The notes under the pieces are model-generated. The model was not told the DNA's origin. It searched no databases and saw only the letters and a program-made list of their open reading frames with translations. Shown here piece after piece: positions 37,548 to 48,097 of a stretch of 50,954 bases of DNA. The translations under genes were made by a program, and so were the position numbers. Source of the DNA: Myxococcales bacterium (lineage in GTDB: Bacteria; Myxococcota_A; Polyangia; Fen-1088); the NCBI GenBank assembly GCA_003158395.1, contig PMIX01000081.1:1-50954 (forward strand), written 5' to 3'. The stretch's first letter is position 1. Each line of letters starts with the position of its first letter.

Positions 37548-40337
37548 TCAGTGTGCCGCGCCCCAGTTTGCGCCTGCGTGCACGTCGACCACCAGGGGGA
37601 CGCACAGGGCGTAGGCTGACTCCATCACGCCCTTGACCCAGGCGGAAAAAGCTGCGACCTCATCGGTCTTGACTTCGAATACCAGTTCGTCGTGAACGGT
37701 GAGCAGCAGGCGCGCGTCGGGGAAGCGCACCATTTCTCGGTCCACGCGGATCATGGCCAGCTTGAGCAGATCGGCGGCCGAGCCTTGGATGGGCGTGTTG
37801 CGCGCCATGCGCTCGGCGTAGTTGCGTTCCTGGGCCCGGCTCGACTTGATCTGCGGCAACGCCCGCGTGCGTCCCAGCAGGGTGGATACCGAGCCCGTGC
37901 GTCGGGCCTCGGCGATGGTCTCGTCCATGAACTGGCGGACGCGCGCGTAGCGCTGGAAGTAGCGTTCGATGTAGGAGTGGGCGTCGGCGCGCGGGATGTG
38001 CAGGGCCTGGGCCAGCCCGAAATCGGTCTGCCCGAAAACCAGGCCAAAGTTGATGGCTTTGGCGATGCGGCGTTGCTCGCCGCTGACCGCATCCAGGGCC
38101 ACGTTGAAGACCTCGGCGGCGGTACGTCGGTGAATGTCCTGGCCGGCGGCAAAGGCGTCGAGGAAGGCCGGATCCTGAGAGAAATGCGCCAGCACGCGCA
38201 GTTCGATCTGCGAGTAGTCGGCCGACACGATCTGGTAACCGGGATCAGCCACGAAGGCGTTGCGGATGCGATGGCCCAGCTCGGTACGGATGGGGATGTT
38301 CTGCAGATTGGGATCGCTGGAAGACAGACGGCCGGTGGCTGCCACGGCTTGGTTGAAGGTGGTGTGCAGGCGGCCGGTGCGTGGGTCGACCAAGGCTGGC
38401 AGGGCGTCGATGTACGTGCCCTTGAGTTTGGTCAGGCCGCGATACTCGACCACCTTGGCCGGTATCGGGTGCAAGGCGGCCAGTTCTTCCAGGACGTCGG
38501 CGTCGGTGGACGGGCCGGTTTTGGTCTTGCGGAGCACGGGCAGGCCCAGCTTGCCGAACAGGACCTCGGCCAGTTGTTTGGGCGAGCCGATGTTGAAGGG
38601 CGTACCCACGGCCTGATGAATCTGGTGTTCTAGGGTCTCGATAGCCCGGGCGACCTCGTTGCCCAGTTGGCGGAGGAAGTCGCAGTCGAGCCGGATGCCC
38701 CAACACTCGATGCGCGCCAGCACAGAAACCAGCGGCAGCTCGACCTCACGGTAGATTTTGGTCAGGCCCAGGGGCTCCATCGCCTGCTCCTGGCGTCGGG
38801 CCAGGGCCAGCGCGGCCCAGGCTTCGCTGCACAGGTGGAGGCTGGCCTCTTCAACAGGAACCTCACCGGCCGGCCGCGCGCTGCGTCCGCTTCCCAGCCA
38901 CGTCGGCCGCGGGGTCACCTCCCCTGCCCCATCCGCGGCAGCCAGATCCGGCAACTCATACGGCGCGCTCCCGGCGTCCAGCAGATACGCGGCCAGCAAG
39001 GCATCCCCGGCCAGACCGCCCAAGGCAAGACCACGCACGCGCAAGAGCACGTCGAAAACTTTGGCGTCATGCATGTACTTGCGAATCTCCGGGGACGCCA
39101 AGACTGGGCCGAGCGCTGCCAAGACTTCGGCGGCAGGCAGCATGCCCGGGCCACCCAAAACCCGATGCCCAACCGGCAGGTAGAAACGAGCCCCGTTGGG
39201 CAACGCAAAGGCCAGCCCCACAAGGGCCGCACGCGGCTGCGGCGCACCCTCAGCCAGCACGGCCACGCCGCAGGCCTGCGCGGCGCGAATGGCCGCGCAA
39301 AGACCATCGAGGCCGGCGCGATCAGCGATGATCTCCGGCGGCGAAGGGGTTGCGGCGATCGCAGGCGCCGCATCTGGCACGGGAGCACTCACTTTCAGTT
39401 TTCCGGCCGCGACGCCCGACGCGCCCGCGTGCGGTTGCTTCTTGGCTGATGCCACGGGCACGGCCGTCGGCTCCGCGCCTCCTGCCCGCGCCTCATCCAA
39501 CTGCGCGAGCAGCCGCGTGAACTCGAGCTCGCCGAACAGCGTGCGCAAGCGGGCGCGATCGGGCTCGGCGCGCGCAAATCCCCCCACGTCGCGGCCCAGC
39601 GCCACATCCTCGCGCAGGCGGACCAGCTTGCGCGAGATCTCGATGGCGTCACGGCTCGAAGCGATGGCCTGACCCTTCTTGCCCTTGATCTCGGCCACGT
39701 GTTCGAGCACGCCATCGAGCGAGCCATACTGGCTGATAAGATCGGCCGCTGTCTTGGGCCCGATGCCAGCGACGCCGGGCACGTTGTCCACGCTGTCGCC
39801 CATCAGGGCGAGCAGGTCACCCAGCCGATCAGGCGGAACGCCAAACTTCTCCTGCACTTGCGTCGGTCCCAGCAGCTTGTTCTTCATCGTGTCGAGCAGC
39901 TGGATCCGCTCGGAACAGAGCTGCATGAGATCCTTGTCCGACGAGCAGATCACGACTCGCAAGCCCGCCCCCACAGCTTGTCGCGCCAGGCTGGCGATTG
40001 CATCGTCGGCCTCGACCCCCGGCAGTGAAAGGGCGGGCAGCCCGAACGCGTCCACCACCTGGTGGGAAAGGTCGATCTGCGCAACCAGGTCTGGGGGCAT
40101 GGGCGGACGGTTGGCCTTGTACGCGGGGAAGATCTCGTCGCGGAAGGTCGGCCCCGGCGCGTCGTAAACCACGCATAGGTGGGTGGGCCGCCACTCGCGC
40201 TCGATACGCAGCAGCATCTGGCACAACCCGTACACCGCGCCGGTGGGCACGCCCCGGCTATTGGAAAGGGGCGGCAGGGCGTGAAAGGCGCGGAACAGGA
40301 AGTTGAGCGCATCTACGATGTAGAGCGTGCCATCCAT
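37548..40337 (-). CDS. polA: DNA polymerase I
   Basis: 5' nuclease N-terminus (LYIVDALNFLFRAFHA) and polymerase motifs DYSQIELRVLAH, RRIAKAINFGLVFG and VHDELVFE. ATG 40337 preferred over the track start 40385. Confidence 0.95.
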   Translation of the reverse strand: MDGTLYIVDALNFLFRAFHALPPLSNSRGVPTGAVYGLCQMLLRIEREWRPTHLCVVYDAPGPTFRDEIFPAYKANRPPMPPDLVAQIDLSHQVVDAFGLPALSLPGVEADDAIASLARQAVGAGLRVVICSSDKDLMQLCSERIQLLDTMKNKLLGPTQVQEKFGVPPDRLGDLLALMGDSVDNVPGVAGIGPKTAADLISQYGSLDGVLEHVAEIKGKKGQAIASSRDAIEISRKLVRLREDVALGRDVGGFARAEPDRARLRTLFGELEFTRLLAQLDEARAGGAEPTAVPVASAKKQPHAGASGVAAGKLKVSAPVPDAAPAIAATPSPPEIIADRAGLDGLCAAIRAAQACGVAVLAEGAPQPRAALVGLAFALPNGARFYLPVGHRVLGGPGMLPAAEVLAALGPVLASPEIRKYMHDAKVFDVLLRVRGLALGGLAGDALLAAYLLDAGSAPYELPDLAAADGAGEVTPRPTWLGSGRSARPAGEVPVEEASLHLCSEAWAALALARRQEQAMEPLGLTKIYREVELPLVSVLARIECWGIRLDCDFLRQLGNEVARAIETLEHQIHQAVGTPFNIGSPKQLAEVLFGKLGLPVLRKTKTGPSTDADVLEELAALHPIPAKVVEYRGLTKLKGTYIDALPALVDPRTGRLHTTFNQAVAATGRLSSSDPNLQNIPIRTELGHRIRNAFVADPGYQIVSADYSQIELRVLAHFSQDPAFLDAFAAGQDIHRRTAAEVFNVALDAVSGEQRRIAKAINFGLVFGQTDFGLAQALHIPRADAHSYIERYFQRYARVRQFMDETIAEARRTGSVSTLLGRTRALPQIKSSRAQERNYAERMARNTPIQGSAADLLKLAMIRVDREMVRFPDARLLLTVHDELVFEVKTDEVAAFSAWVKGVMESAYALCVPLVVDVHAGANWGAAH

Positions 40338-40384
40338 GGTGTAAAGGAAACTACTACGAACCAGGCTGCAATTCCGCTTCACCA

Positions 40385-43300
40385 TTGGTTTTTCGGGTTA
40401 GTCTGAAGAGGCACGTGGCGTCCTCTGTCCGGCGAAGAATTTTCAAGTGGAGCGGCATCGTGCTGGCCAGCCTGCTGGGCCTGGTCAGCCTGGCCGTGAC
40501 GGGCGCGGTGTTGCTTCTGCAGGGCGAACGCATGGGCACCTTTGTGGCCAAGGTCTTGCCCGAGATGCGCGGCAAGCTGGAGTTTCGGTCGATTCGCTGG
40601 CCGGCGCGCCTCCTGGTCGACATCCTGGCCAAACGCCCCACCCCGTTTTCCGTCGATGGCGTGAAGTTCTTCGACCCTGAGGGCACCGTCGTGGTGGACG
40701 TTCCCCACCTTGACGTCAAGATCGAGCTGTACCAGCTCATCAACGGCGCCGGCCTCTTCATGCACGACCTAGAGGTGGGACCGAACTCCTACTGGCGCTT
40801 TGGTCGCATGAAGAAGACCAAGAAGGGCATCGGCTTTCTGGCCACGTTCGATCCCAAGCATCCCTCGCCTCCTGCGCCGCCGGACGCCAAGCCGGAGAAG
40901 GGCTTCTCGGTTCGCATCTTCAACGCCCAGCTCAACGGCTTGCGGGTGGTGTTCGATTTTCCACATGTCTGGGGTTTCGACCTACGCGATCTGCACGCGC
41001 CCGCATGGCTGCAGGTTGAAGACGGTTTCTGCGGCTGGGAAGCCGTGGGCGTTGAAGCCCGCGGGGGCGGATACCTGACCGTGCTCGACCAGGTGCTGCC
41101 GTTTGACAGCGTGAAGGTGAAGCAGGTCGCCACCTTGCGCGAGTATTCCGACGACATTTTCCTCGATCTGACCGCGGGCAAGACCGGGCGCTCCACCCTG
41201 GTGGGGAAAGGTTTCTTCAACGGCATCTATGCCGCCGAGTCGGTGTCGGCGATTCACATGCACGCCGAATTCCACGAGGCCGCGGATGCCCTGAACGCCG
41301 TGCTGAAGCCGATGAACATCCCTGGGCTTCATATCGGCGGCGCAGATGCCCGCGTGACGGCGGATCTCATCGGGCCCTACGTCAGCATCGCCATCAACAC
41401 CGATATCTCCGGCACGGATGCCGCCTACGATCAGTACGCTCTACAGAATCTGGTACTGCGCGCCGGCATGCAGTTCGATCCCAACTCCAAGGCATCGGCG
41501 CCCAACACCAAGCTGGAAGAGTTGTCGTTCTCGCCGCCGGGCGGGGGGCGGTTCTTGGCCAAGGCGGAACTGATGGTCCCAAAGTTTAGGACACAGCTTC
41601 GCTTCGACCATTTCACAGTGGACAGCTACCTGCCTCCGGGGCTGCGCAAACTCGCCGCGGGCAAACTGCACGGCGGACTATCAGCGACCGCAGAATTCGA
41701 CGAAACGATGTCCGCGGTCAAGCGGGGAACGTTGAGTGGCTTGGACCTCTCCTTCCAGCGAACAGGCAAGAAGTTGGCCCTGCCTGACTCGTTTCGGATA
41801 AGCGGCCAAGCCACCGCTTCGCCTTCAGAGGTCAGCACATCGGGCCTTCACATCGAAGCGCCAGGCGCCGGCGTCGACGTGAAGGGCAAGGTCGAATTGG
41901 CCAAGCACCTGCTGGCCCTTGGCTTGCGCGCGGGCAGCACGAATCTGCCGCGCCTGTTCGCCTCTCTGGGCGTGCCGCCCTTGGCGCAGCAGGCGTCCGT
42001 GGCAGTAGACCTGACCGGCACGATGGATCAACCGCGCGCCAGCGGTCAGATCGAGGTCAAGGGCATCGGCGGCATGGATGGTATCCCCTCGGTGCCGTCG
42101 TTCGAGACAAGGTTCCACCTGCAGGATGGTGCGCTGCACGTGGATTCCCTGGCCGCCCAGGTAGCCGGCGGCACTCTGGCTGGCAGCGGAACGCTCAAGC
42201 TGTTCGAAAGGACTTTGCAGCACATGCTGCGGTCGCCAGACCTGGAATTTCGCCTGCAAGGCAAACAGATTGCTCTGGAGTCGCTGATCGCGGGCGGTTT
42301 GGTGACCGGCAGGATCGCCTTCGAGGTGACGGCCAGCGGCCCGCTCCGCCAACCGAGGATTCGCTTCAAGATGCCGGCTGGGATGACCGCGTCTGTGCTC
42401 GGGCAAAGTTGGCAAGTCGGTGGCATCGACCTGGAGGTGGACCAGGAGGGCGCGGTGATACGCCTGCTGCAGGCAAGCGGCAAGACGGGCGGCGAGATTC
42501 AAATCGAAGGCCACATGCGCTTTGCCCCCAAGGCCATGCCGATCGAATGGCACATCAAGATCACCGACCTGCCCGTGGCCGCGGTGCTGGCGGCTGCCCG
42601 GGTTGACCTGCCGGCGGTCGGCCGTTTGTCCGTCGATTTGCGCCTGTCAGGCAGCACCGAGGCCCCGCTGGTCGAGGGCACCATCGGGCTCGCCGGCGTG
42701 ACCGTCATGGGCGTGGCGCTGGGCGATGGAATCCTGACCTTGAGCGCGATCGGGGCCGGCGTTGCTGTCAAGGGCACGCTCTTCAATCGCTTCACCGTCG
42801 ACGCAACCGCCCAGCTCAGCTCCGCTGGCCTGCGGGCCGCGGGCAGCGTGGCCTTCTCCCACCTGGTGCTGGAAGACCTGGCCCTGCAACTTCGGGGCGG
42901 TCGCGAGAGCGCGGAGTTGGTTGGTCAACTGAGGGATCTCGACGCGCACGCCGTCCTGTCAGGACAGATCGGGCTCGAGCTGCAGCCTGGAAGGCCTCTC
43001 GCTATCCAGGCCGTGCTCACCGAGATCGCGGCATCTATCAGCCAGGAAATCGTCGAACCTGGCGGTCAGGTTTCAACCCATCGGATCGGCCTGCAGAACG
43101 ACGGTGATCTACGGGCCACGCTGGCGGGCGATCACATCGCGCTGGAACAGGCGCGCTTCATCAGCGACGGCGGGCGCTTCAGCGTGACGGGCGAGCTGGA
43201 GGGCGAATCGCTGCGTGCCGCGCTCTCGGGCCAACTCAATCTGGAATTCCTGCAACCGCTCTTGCGCAAGAAACTCCAGAAACTGGGGGGCGCGATCAGT

Positions 43301-44977
43301 TTGGAGGTGAAGGTGTCTGGGACCACGAAGAAGCCTCTCGTGGACGGCACCCTTGCTATCGCTCGCCCTGTTAATGCGGTGCCCGCCGGCTTTGGTTCTG
43401 CGATCGCTGTGCCGTCGGGCGCGGTCCACCTGCAATCGGATGTGGTGGAACTCAAGGGTCTGGCGGTATCAGTTGCCGGGGCGACGTTACGTTTGAGCGG
43501 CCGCGCAAGCCTGGGCGCCAACTTCGTGCCCAGAAGCTTGGCCTTGCAAGCCAACGGAGAGGTGAGCGCCTCGTTGCTGGAGTCGTTGGTGCCCGACGCC
43601 GTATCGGACGTGTCCGGCAGCGCGCGCATCGACGCCAAGGTTTCGGGGACGCTGGACCAGCCCAATGTTTCGGCGCGCATCGATCTGGGCGAGATCCAGA
43701 TGCGCTTACGCGGCATCAGCGGCCGAGTGGCCGTCGAGAGCGGCACCATCGAGCTGTCGAGCCACGAGCTGCTCCTGCGTGAGGTCAAAATACGCATTAA
43801 CGACGACGGGCGCTTGCTGATCGGCGCCGCCGGGGTACGCCCCGGCCGCATGCACATCGTGAGCCTGCGCCCCAAGTTGGTGCTGGGCAAGGTAGACCTT
43901 CCACTAGAGGGCGTGCGCCTGGTCTACCGTTCCCCGGGCCTCGAGATTGACGATCTTTCCTTCACGCTGGATCTGATCGGCGACTTGCATAACTCGCTCA
44001 GCCTGGGCGGCGATGTCCGTCTGGTCTCTGGGAGATACATCCAAGATTTCAATGTGCGCAACTTGATGCTCACCCCGCGCATCAACGAGTCCGATTCGCG
44101 TCCCTTCTGGGAGGGTGTGCCCCTGCTCGAAAACCTGGGTCTCAATCTGCGCGTGCGCACTCTGGGCGACGGCTTCATGGTGCAGAACAACCTGGCGACG
44201 GAAATCTACCTGCAAGTCGATTTGCTCGTGGGCGGAACCCTCTCGTCACCCACCCTGGCCGGGGACGTGCGGCCCACCGACGGGCGGTTTCACATTCTGG
44301 GGCTACGCGGCGATTTTGACATCACGCCCAACGTAAACCACATCACCTTTGTCCCCACCAAATCGCTGGCTGCGGGCGATACCCCCGAGCTCAACATCGA
44401 CGCCACAAATCTCCTGACCGACGCTTCTGAGAACGAGCACACGGTTCAGATACGCATCACCGGCCCCATCAACCAGGCAGCCATTGACCTGTCGACCACC
44501 GCCGGCCTCGACCGCAACCAGACCCTGATGTTGCTGCTCTCCGGGCGGACCACTGAGGACATCGGCACGGGAGGACGCACCATCGGCATCAACACCCAGA
44601 GCGGACTCGACATGATGGGCCAGGCTTCGCGCGATGCCGTGTCGAATCTGGTCGGACCTTACATCGACGACACCCTGCAAACTCTGACCGGCCACAAGCT
44701 GAATCTGCGTCCAACGGTGGGTGCCGACGGTTTCGAGGTGAAGGCGCTGGCGCGCGCGAGCCGCGAATTTACCCTGGAGCTGTCCTATCTTCGGGGCTTT
44801 CAGACTCAGGTGCGCTATCGAGCCCAGGCCAATGCCTGGTTGCGGGACTACCTCACGGCCCGCCTCATTGGCGAGCAACTCAACTACTCGCCCCAGCAGG
44901 GAATTAACGATTCAGTGGGAAGTCTGAAGTTGGAGATGACCATCGACTACCCAATCCGGTTCATGGGTCTGCCATGA
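40385..44977 (+). CDS. tamB: TamB/AsmA-like translocation and assembly module protein (1530 aa)
   Basis: N-terminal anchor IVLASLLGLVSLAVTGAVLLL, very long beta-rich repetitive body, and a DUF490-like C-terminus. Located immediately upstream of an Omp85 gene. Alternative GTG start at 40412 with GAAGAGG upstream. Confidence 0.75.
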   Translation: MVFRVSLKRHVASSVRRRIFKWSGIVLASLLGLVSLAVTGAVLLLQGERMGTFVAKVLPEMRGKLEFRSIRWPARLLVDILAKRPTPFSVDGVKFFDPEGTVVVDVPHLDVKIELYQLINGAGLFMHDLEVGPNSYWRFGRMKKTKKGIGFLATFDPKHPSPPAPPDAKPEKGFSVRIFNAQLNGLRVVFDFPHVWGFDLRDLHAPAWLQVEDGFCGWEAVGVEARGGGYLTVLDQVLPFDSVKVKQVATLREYSDDIFLDLTAGKTGRSTLVGKGFFNGIYAAESVSAIHMHAEFHEAADALNAVLKPMNIPGLHIGGADARVTADLIGPYVSIAINTDISGTDAAYDQYALQNLVLRAGMQFDPNSKASAPNTKLEELSFSPPGGGRFLAKAELMVPKFRTQLRFDHFTVDSYLPPGLRKLAAGKLHGGLSATAEFDETMSAVKRGTLSGLDLSFQRTGKKLALPDSFRISGQATASPSEVSTSGLHIEAPGAGVDVKGKVELAKHLLALGLRAGSTNLPRLFASLGVPPLAQQASVAVDLTGTMDQPRASGQIEVKGIGGMDGIPSVPSFETRFHLQDGALHVDSLAAQVAGGTLAGSGTLKLFERTLQHMLRSPDLEFRLQGKQIALESLIAGGLVTGRIAFEVTASGPLRQPRIRFKMPAGMTASVLGQSWQVGGIDLEVDQEGAVIRLLQASGKTGGEIQIEGHMRFAPKAMPIEWHIKITDLPVAAVLAAARVDLPAVGRLSVDLRLSGSTEAPLVEGTIGLAGVTVMGVALGDGILTLSAIGAGVAVKGTLFNRFTVDATAQLSSAGLRAAGSVAFSHLVLEDLALQLRGGRESAELVGQLRDLDAHAVLSGQIGLELQPGRPLAIQAVLTEIAASISQEIVEPGGQVSTHRIGLQNDGDLRATLAGDHIALEQARFISDGGRFSVTGELEGESLRAALSGQLNLEFLQPLLRKKLQKLGGAISLEVKVSGTTKKPLVDGTLAIARPVNAVPAGFGSAIAVPSGAVHLQSDVVELKGLAVSVAGATLRLSGRASLGANFVPRSLALQANGEVSASLLESLVPDAVSDVSGSARIDAKVSGTLDQPNVSARIDLGEIQMRLRGISGRVAVESGTIELSSHELLLREVKIRINDDGRLLIGAAGVRPGRMHIVSLRPKLVLGKVDLPLEGVRLVYRSPGLEIDDLSFTLDLIGDLHNSLSLGGDVRLVSGRYIQDFNVRNLMLTPRINESDSRPFWEGVPLLENLGLNLRVRTLGDGFMVQNNLATEIYLQVDLLVGGTLSSPTLAGDVRPTDGRFHILGLRGDFDITPNVNHITFVPTKSLAAGDTPELNIDATNLLTDASENEHTVQIRITGPINQAAIDLSTTAGLDRNQTLMLLLSGRTTEDIGTGGRTIGINTQSGLDMMGQASRDAVSNLVGPYIDDTLQTLTGHKLNLRPTVGADGFEVKALARASREFTLELSYLRGFQTQVRYRAQANAWLRDYLTARLIGEQLNYSPQQGINDSVGSLKLEMTIDYPIRFMGLP

Positions 44978-45007
44978 CCGGAATCTGCCAATCCACTCGC
45001 TGAGATC

Positions 45008-48000
45008 GTGTTGAAGCCCTTGTTCCGAAAGACTACCGACGCTGCGCTTGTTGCGGTCTTGCTGACCGCGAGCCTTGCGGCCATCGCGCGCGCGCAGGAC
45101 GCGCCCTCGCTGCTGCCGGATGCGCGCACAACGACCTCGGCGCTACCCATTGTTTCCGTCTCTATAGAGGGCTCGACCGACCCCGCCGGACGCATCGAAA
45201 GCTTGGTGGCCACCATTGCCCCGTTGCATGCGCCCTTTATCGAGTCCGGCGAAGCCGATCGGGTCGGGACACCTATAGGGACGGCTCCCCGTCTCAAGAA
45301 TCTGCTCAAAGTTGTGGGCTATCAGGCTGAGATTGGCGTCCAGACGGAGGCCGGCGGAGTGCGCCTGCAGATTCGTCTACGAGCCTTCGATCGCGTCCGT
45401 CAGATCTTCGTTTCGGGCAACCAGCCGACCTTCCGTCAGGGCGTGCGCCAGGAAGAGATCCTCCGGCAGCTCAGCATTCGCAACGGGCAAGCCCTGCCCC
45501 CGGCGGGAGAGCAGCGCGACGCTTTTCTCGACGCCGAGGCAGTGCGCGTGCGCGACTACCTGCGCACGCAGGGCTTTCAGGACGCAGAAGCTCACATCGT
45601 TGCACACGCGACCAACACCGTCCCGGCTAGGGTCAATTTGGACGTGCGGGTGAAACCAGGGCCGGGCTACCCGTTGGGCAAGATAACCGTGACCGGCAGC
45701 CGCGCCATTCCCGCCGGCGATATCGCGGACGGCTTTCGCCATCTGAATTTGCACTTGGACTGGCCCTGGCTGTGGCTGCGCCACGCACCATTCCGCCGCA
45801 ACATCTTGCGCATCGACGAGACGGCTCTCGCCCAGCGCTATGCCAAGCACGGTTATCCCGGCGCACGTGTCACCGATGACTTTGACCCCAATTCGAGCGT
45901 GGATCACAACGAGAAGGAGGTGCACCTGGGCATCCAGGTCAAAGAGCACCGGCGCATCGAGCTGGCCTTTGAGGGCAATCACTCACGGTCCGCGGGCGCG
46001 CTGACGGGCGACGTCGCCGCCCTGGCGCACGGCGTGTACGACGACGTTGACGCGGCCGAGGGTGCAGAAACGCTCGAGAAGTCCTACCGCCAGCGGGGTC
46101 ACATGCTGGTCAAGATTACCTGGCGGCGCGAGCGCATCGACGAGGACGCTGACCGCATCGTCTTCGCCATTGATGAAGGGCCGGTTCTGAAAGTGCGCGG
46201 GGTGGAGTTCGTGGGCAACCACAAGGTGTCGTCCTCAACTCTGGCGGAAGAGATTCGAACCAAGGAGTTCCCGTTCCTGGGCGCTCTTGGCTTGGGCGAA
46301 GGGGGCTTCGCGACCCCGCGCCAGATCGAACTCGACGTGCAGAGCCTGGCCGACTACTACGAGAGTATCGGTCGCCCGGGAAGCAAAGTGTGCGCTGAGA
46401 TCGCTCCGGCGCCAGACCAGTGGCGGCCGGCGCCCACAGGCGCCAAGGCCGTCATCCCGCGCGAAGACGAGCCGCTGTGGCGAAAGGCCAACGCGCTTTT
46501 CGTGCGTTTCCTCATTGAGGAAGCCCCCCTGGTGTGGGTGGCGGACATGCGTTTCGTATCCGCCGCCCCCGCCGTGCCTGTGCCCCGCGACGACCTCTTT
46601 TTGCGAAAGTCGCTGCGTACGGTGATAGGAGCGCCCTACCAACCGGCGATCGTGCGCCGCGATGAAGAACGACTCAAACGCCTGATGGGTGACGAAGGCT
46701 ATCGCAACGCTAGCGTCGAGTCCCACATCGAGCGAGAGAGCGATCACGTCACCATCACATGGAAGATCAAGCTGGGCTCGCAGGTTCACGTGGGCCCCGT
46801 GTTCGTGCGGGGAAATTTCCTGACTACGGAAGGCACGATCATGACCTGGGCCGAGCTGCGTCCGGGTTCCTTGCTGACCACGCGGGCCGTGGAACGGGCC
46901 CAGCGCAATTTGGCCATGATCCAGCTATTCAGCAACCCGAACCCGGTCAGCTTCCCCAGCGAAAGCCCACAGCAACCGGTGGTTCCCATGGTCATCGAAG
47001 TGGAAGAACGGCACGATCACTTCGGCATTGTGACCATCGGTGGCGGCATCTCCACCGACCAAAAATCCCCCACCTCGAGCTTTCCCGTGGGTGGATACGC
47101 GGCGCTCGGCTACGAGCACCGCAACCTCTTCGGTCACGGCTGGACCTTGACCGCACAGACAGCCCTTGGCCTATCGCTTAGCCGGGTGAACGCTAGCTTT
47201 TTGGATCCACGTTTTTTCGGTTCGCTCTTCCGCCTGGAGATCGGCGGCAACTACCTGCGCCAGGCCACGGTGCGTCTGGGCGATCTGCGTTCGGGCGCGA
47301 CCTTTATCGGATTTGCCCGTGAGATGTTCCCCGGTGTCGATGCCAACGTCCGCTACAACTTTCGCGACACCTTCCACACAGAATTTCTCGCGCGGGGCGC
47401 GGGTGCCGACGAGGATGAAAGCACGGTCAGCATCGGCACCTTGGTGGGCAGCTTCAGCACGGGCATCGAGTGGCAGCGGCTAGACAATACCCTGGTGCCG
47501 ACCCGTGGCTTCAAGGTCGGAGTGGGGGCAGAGCTGGCCCTGCCTCGCTTCTCGTTCGACCTAGGCTCTGACTCATTCGTCAAGCTGAGCGGCCATTCGT
47601 TCGCGGTGGTGCCACTGCTGTCGTGGCTCAGCCTGCGCCACAGCCTGCGCTACGACCAGGGGTTCCCGCTTGCGGGCGCGTCACTTCTGCCCCGGGTGGA
47701 ACGCTTTTTCGCTGGCGGTGACACAACCGTACGCGGATACGATCTAGACCGCCTGCTGACCGAAATTGTGTACGTGCCGATTGCGCCCGGGGTATTCGGC
47801 GTCCGGTACCAGCCGGTGGGGGGCAATCTGCGGATCGTGCAGAACATCGATCTGCAGTTCCCCATCTTGCGTCCCTGGTACGGGTCGGTGTTTCTCGATA
47901 GCGGCGTGGTGGCTTTCTCGTTCGATGGGCTGTCAGCCTCGGCCTTTCGCCACGGGCTCGGGTTCGCGCCCTTTGTCTTCAAACTGCCAATCGGCGATCT

Positions 48001-48085
48001 GAGCCTCGCCTTTGCCATCCCGCTCAACCCGAAGCCCGGCGACAGCTCATGGCGGTTCCACCTGAACGTTGGATTGATGTTTTGA
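45008..48085 (+). CDS. Omp85/BamA-TamA family outer-membrane protein with extended POTRA region (1025 aa)
   Basis: Signal ALVAVLLTASLAAIARAQD, POTRA-like repeats (VRGVEFVGNHKVSSSTLAE...), and a C-terminal beta-barrel ending ...WRFHLNVGLMF with terminal aromatic residue. Confidence 0.85.
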   Translation: MLKPLFRKTTDAALVAVLLTASLAAIARAQDAPSLLPDARTTTSALPIVSVSIEGSTDPAGRIESLVATIAPLHAPFIESGEADRVGTPIGTAPRLKNLLKVVGYQAEIGVQTEAGGVRLQIRLRAFDRVRQIFVSGNQPTFRQGVRQEEILRQLSIRNGQALPPAGEQRDAFLDAEAVRVRDYLRTQGFQDAEAHIVAHATNTVPARVNLDVRVKPGPGYPLGKITVTGSRAIPAGDIADGFRHLNLHLDWPWLWLRHAPFRRNILRIDETALAQRYAKHGYPGARVTDDFDPNSSVDHNEKEVHLGIQVKEHRRIELAFEGNHSRSAGALTGDVAALAHGVYDDVDAAEGAETLEKSYRQRGHMLVKITWRRERIDEDADRIVFAIDEGPVLKVRGVEFVGNHKVSSSTLAEEIRTKEFPFLGALGLGEGGFATPRQIELDVQSLADYYESIGRPGSKVCAEIAPAPDQWRPAPTGAKAVIPREDEPLWRKANALFVRFLIEEAPLVWVADMRFVSAAPAVPVPRDDLFLRKSLRTVIGAPYQPAIVRRDEERLKRLMGDEGYRNASVESHIERESDHVTITWKIKLGSQVHVGPVFVRGNFLTTEGTIMTWAELRPGSLLTTRAVERAQRNLAMIQLFSNPNPVSFPSESPQQPVVPMVIEVEERHDHFGIVTIGGGISTDQKSPTSSFPVGGYAALGYEHRNLFGHGWTLTAQTALGLSLSRVNASFLDPRFFGSLFRLEIGGNYLRQATVRLGDLRSGATFIGFAREMFPGVDANVRYNFRDTFHTEFLARGAGADEDESTVSIGTLVGSFSTGIEWQRLDNTLVPTRGFKVGVGAELALPRFSFDLGSDSFVKLSGHSFAVVPLLSWLSLRHSLRYDQGFPLAGASLLPRVERFFAGGDTTVRGYDLDRLLTEIVYVPIAPGVFGVRYQPVGGNLRIVQNIDLQFPILRPWYGSVFLDSGVVAFSFDGLSASAFRHGLGFAPFVFKLPIGDLSLAFAIPLNPKPGDSSWRFHLNVGLMF

Positions 48086-48097
48086 GATTGCCAGAGA

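Noticed and set aside
38900-39300. Possible loss of the 3'-5' exonuclease ExoI Asp in polA (VAVLAEGA where Klenow has FDTET)
   Set aside because: Alignment of this divergent region by eye is not reliable, and the ExoIII spacing also did not line up. A profile alignment is needed before making any claim.
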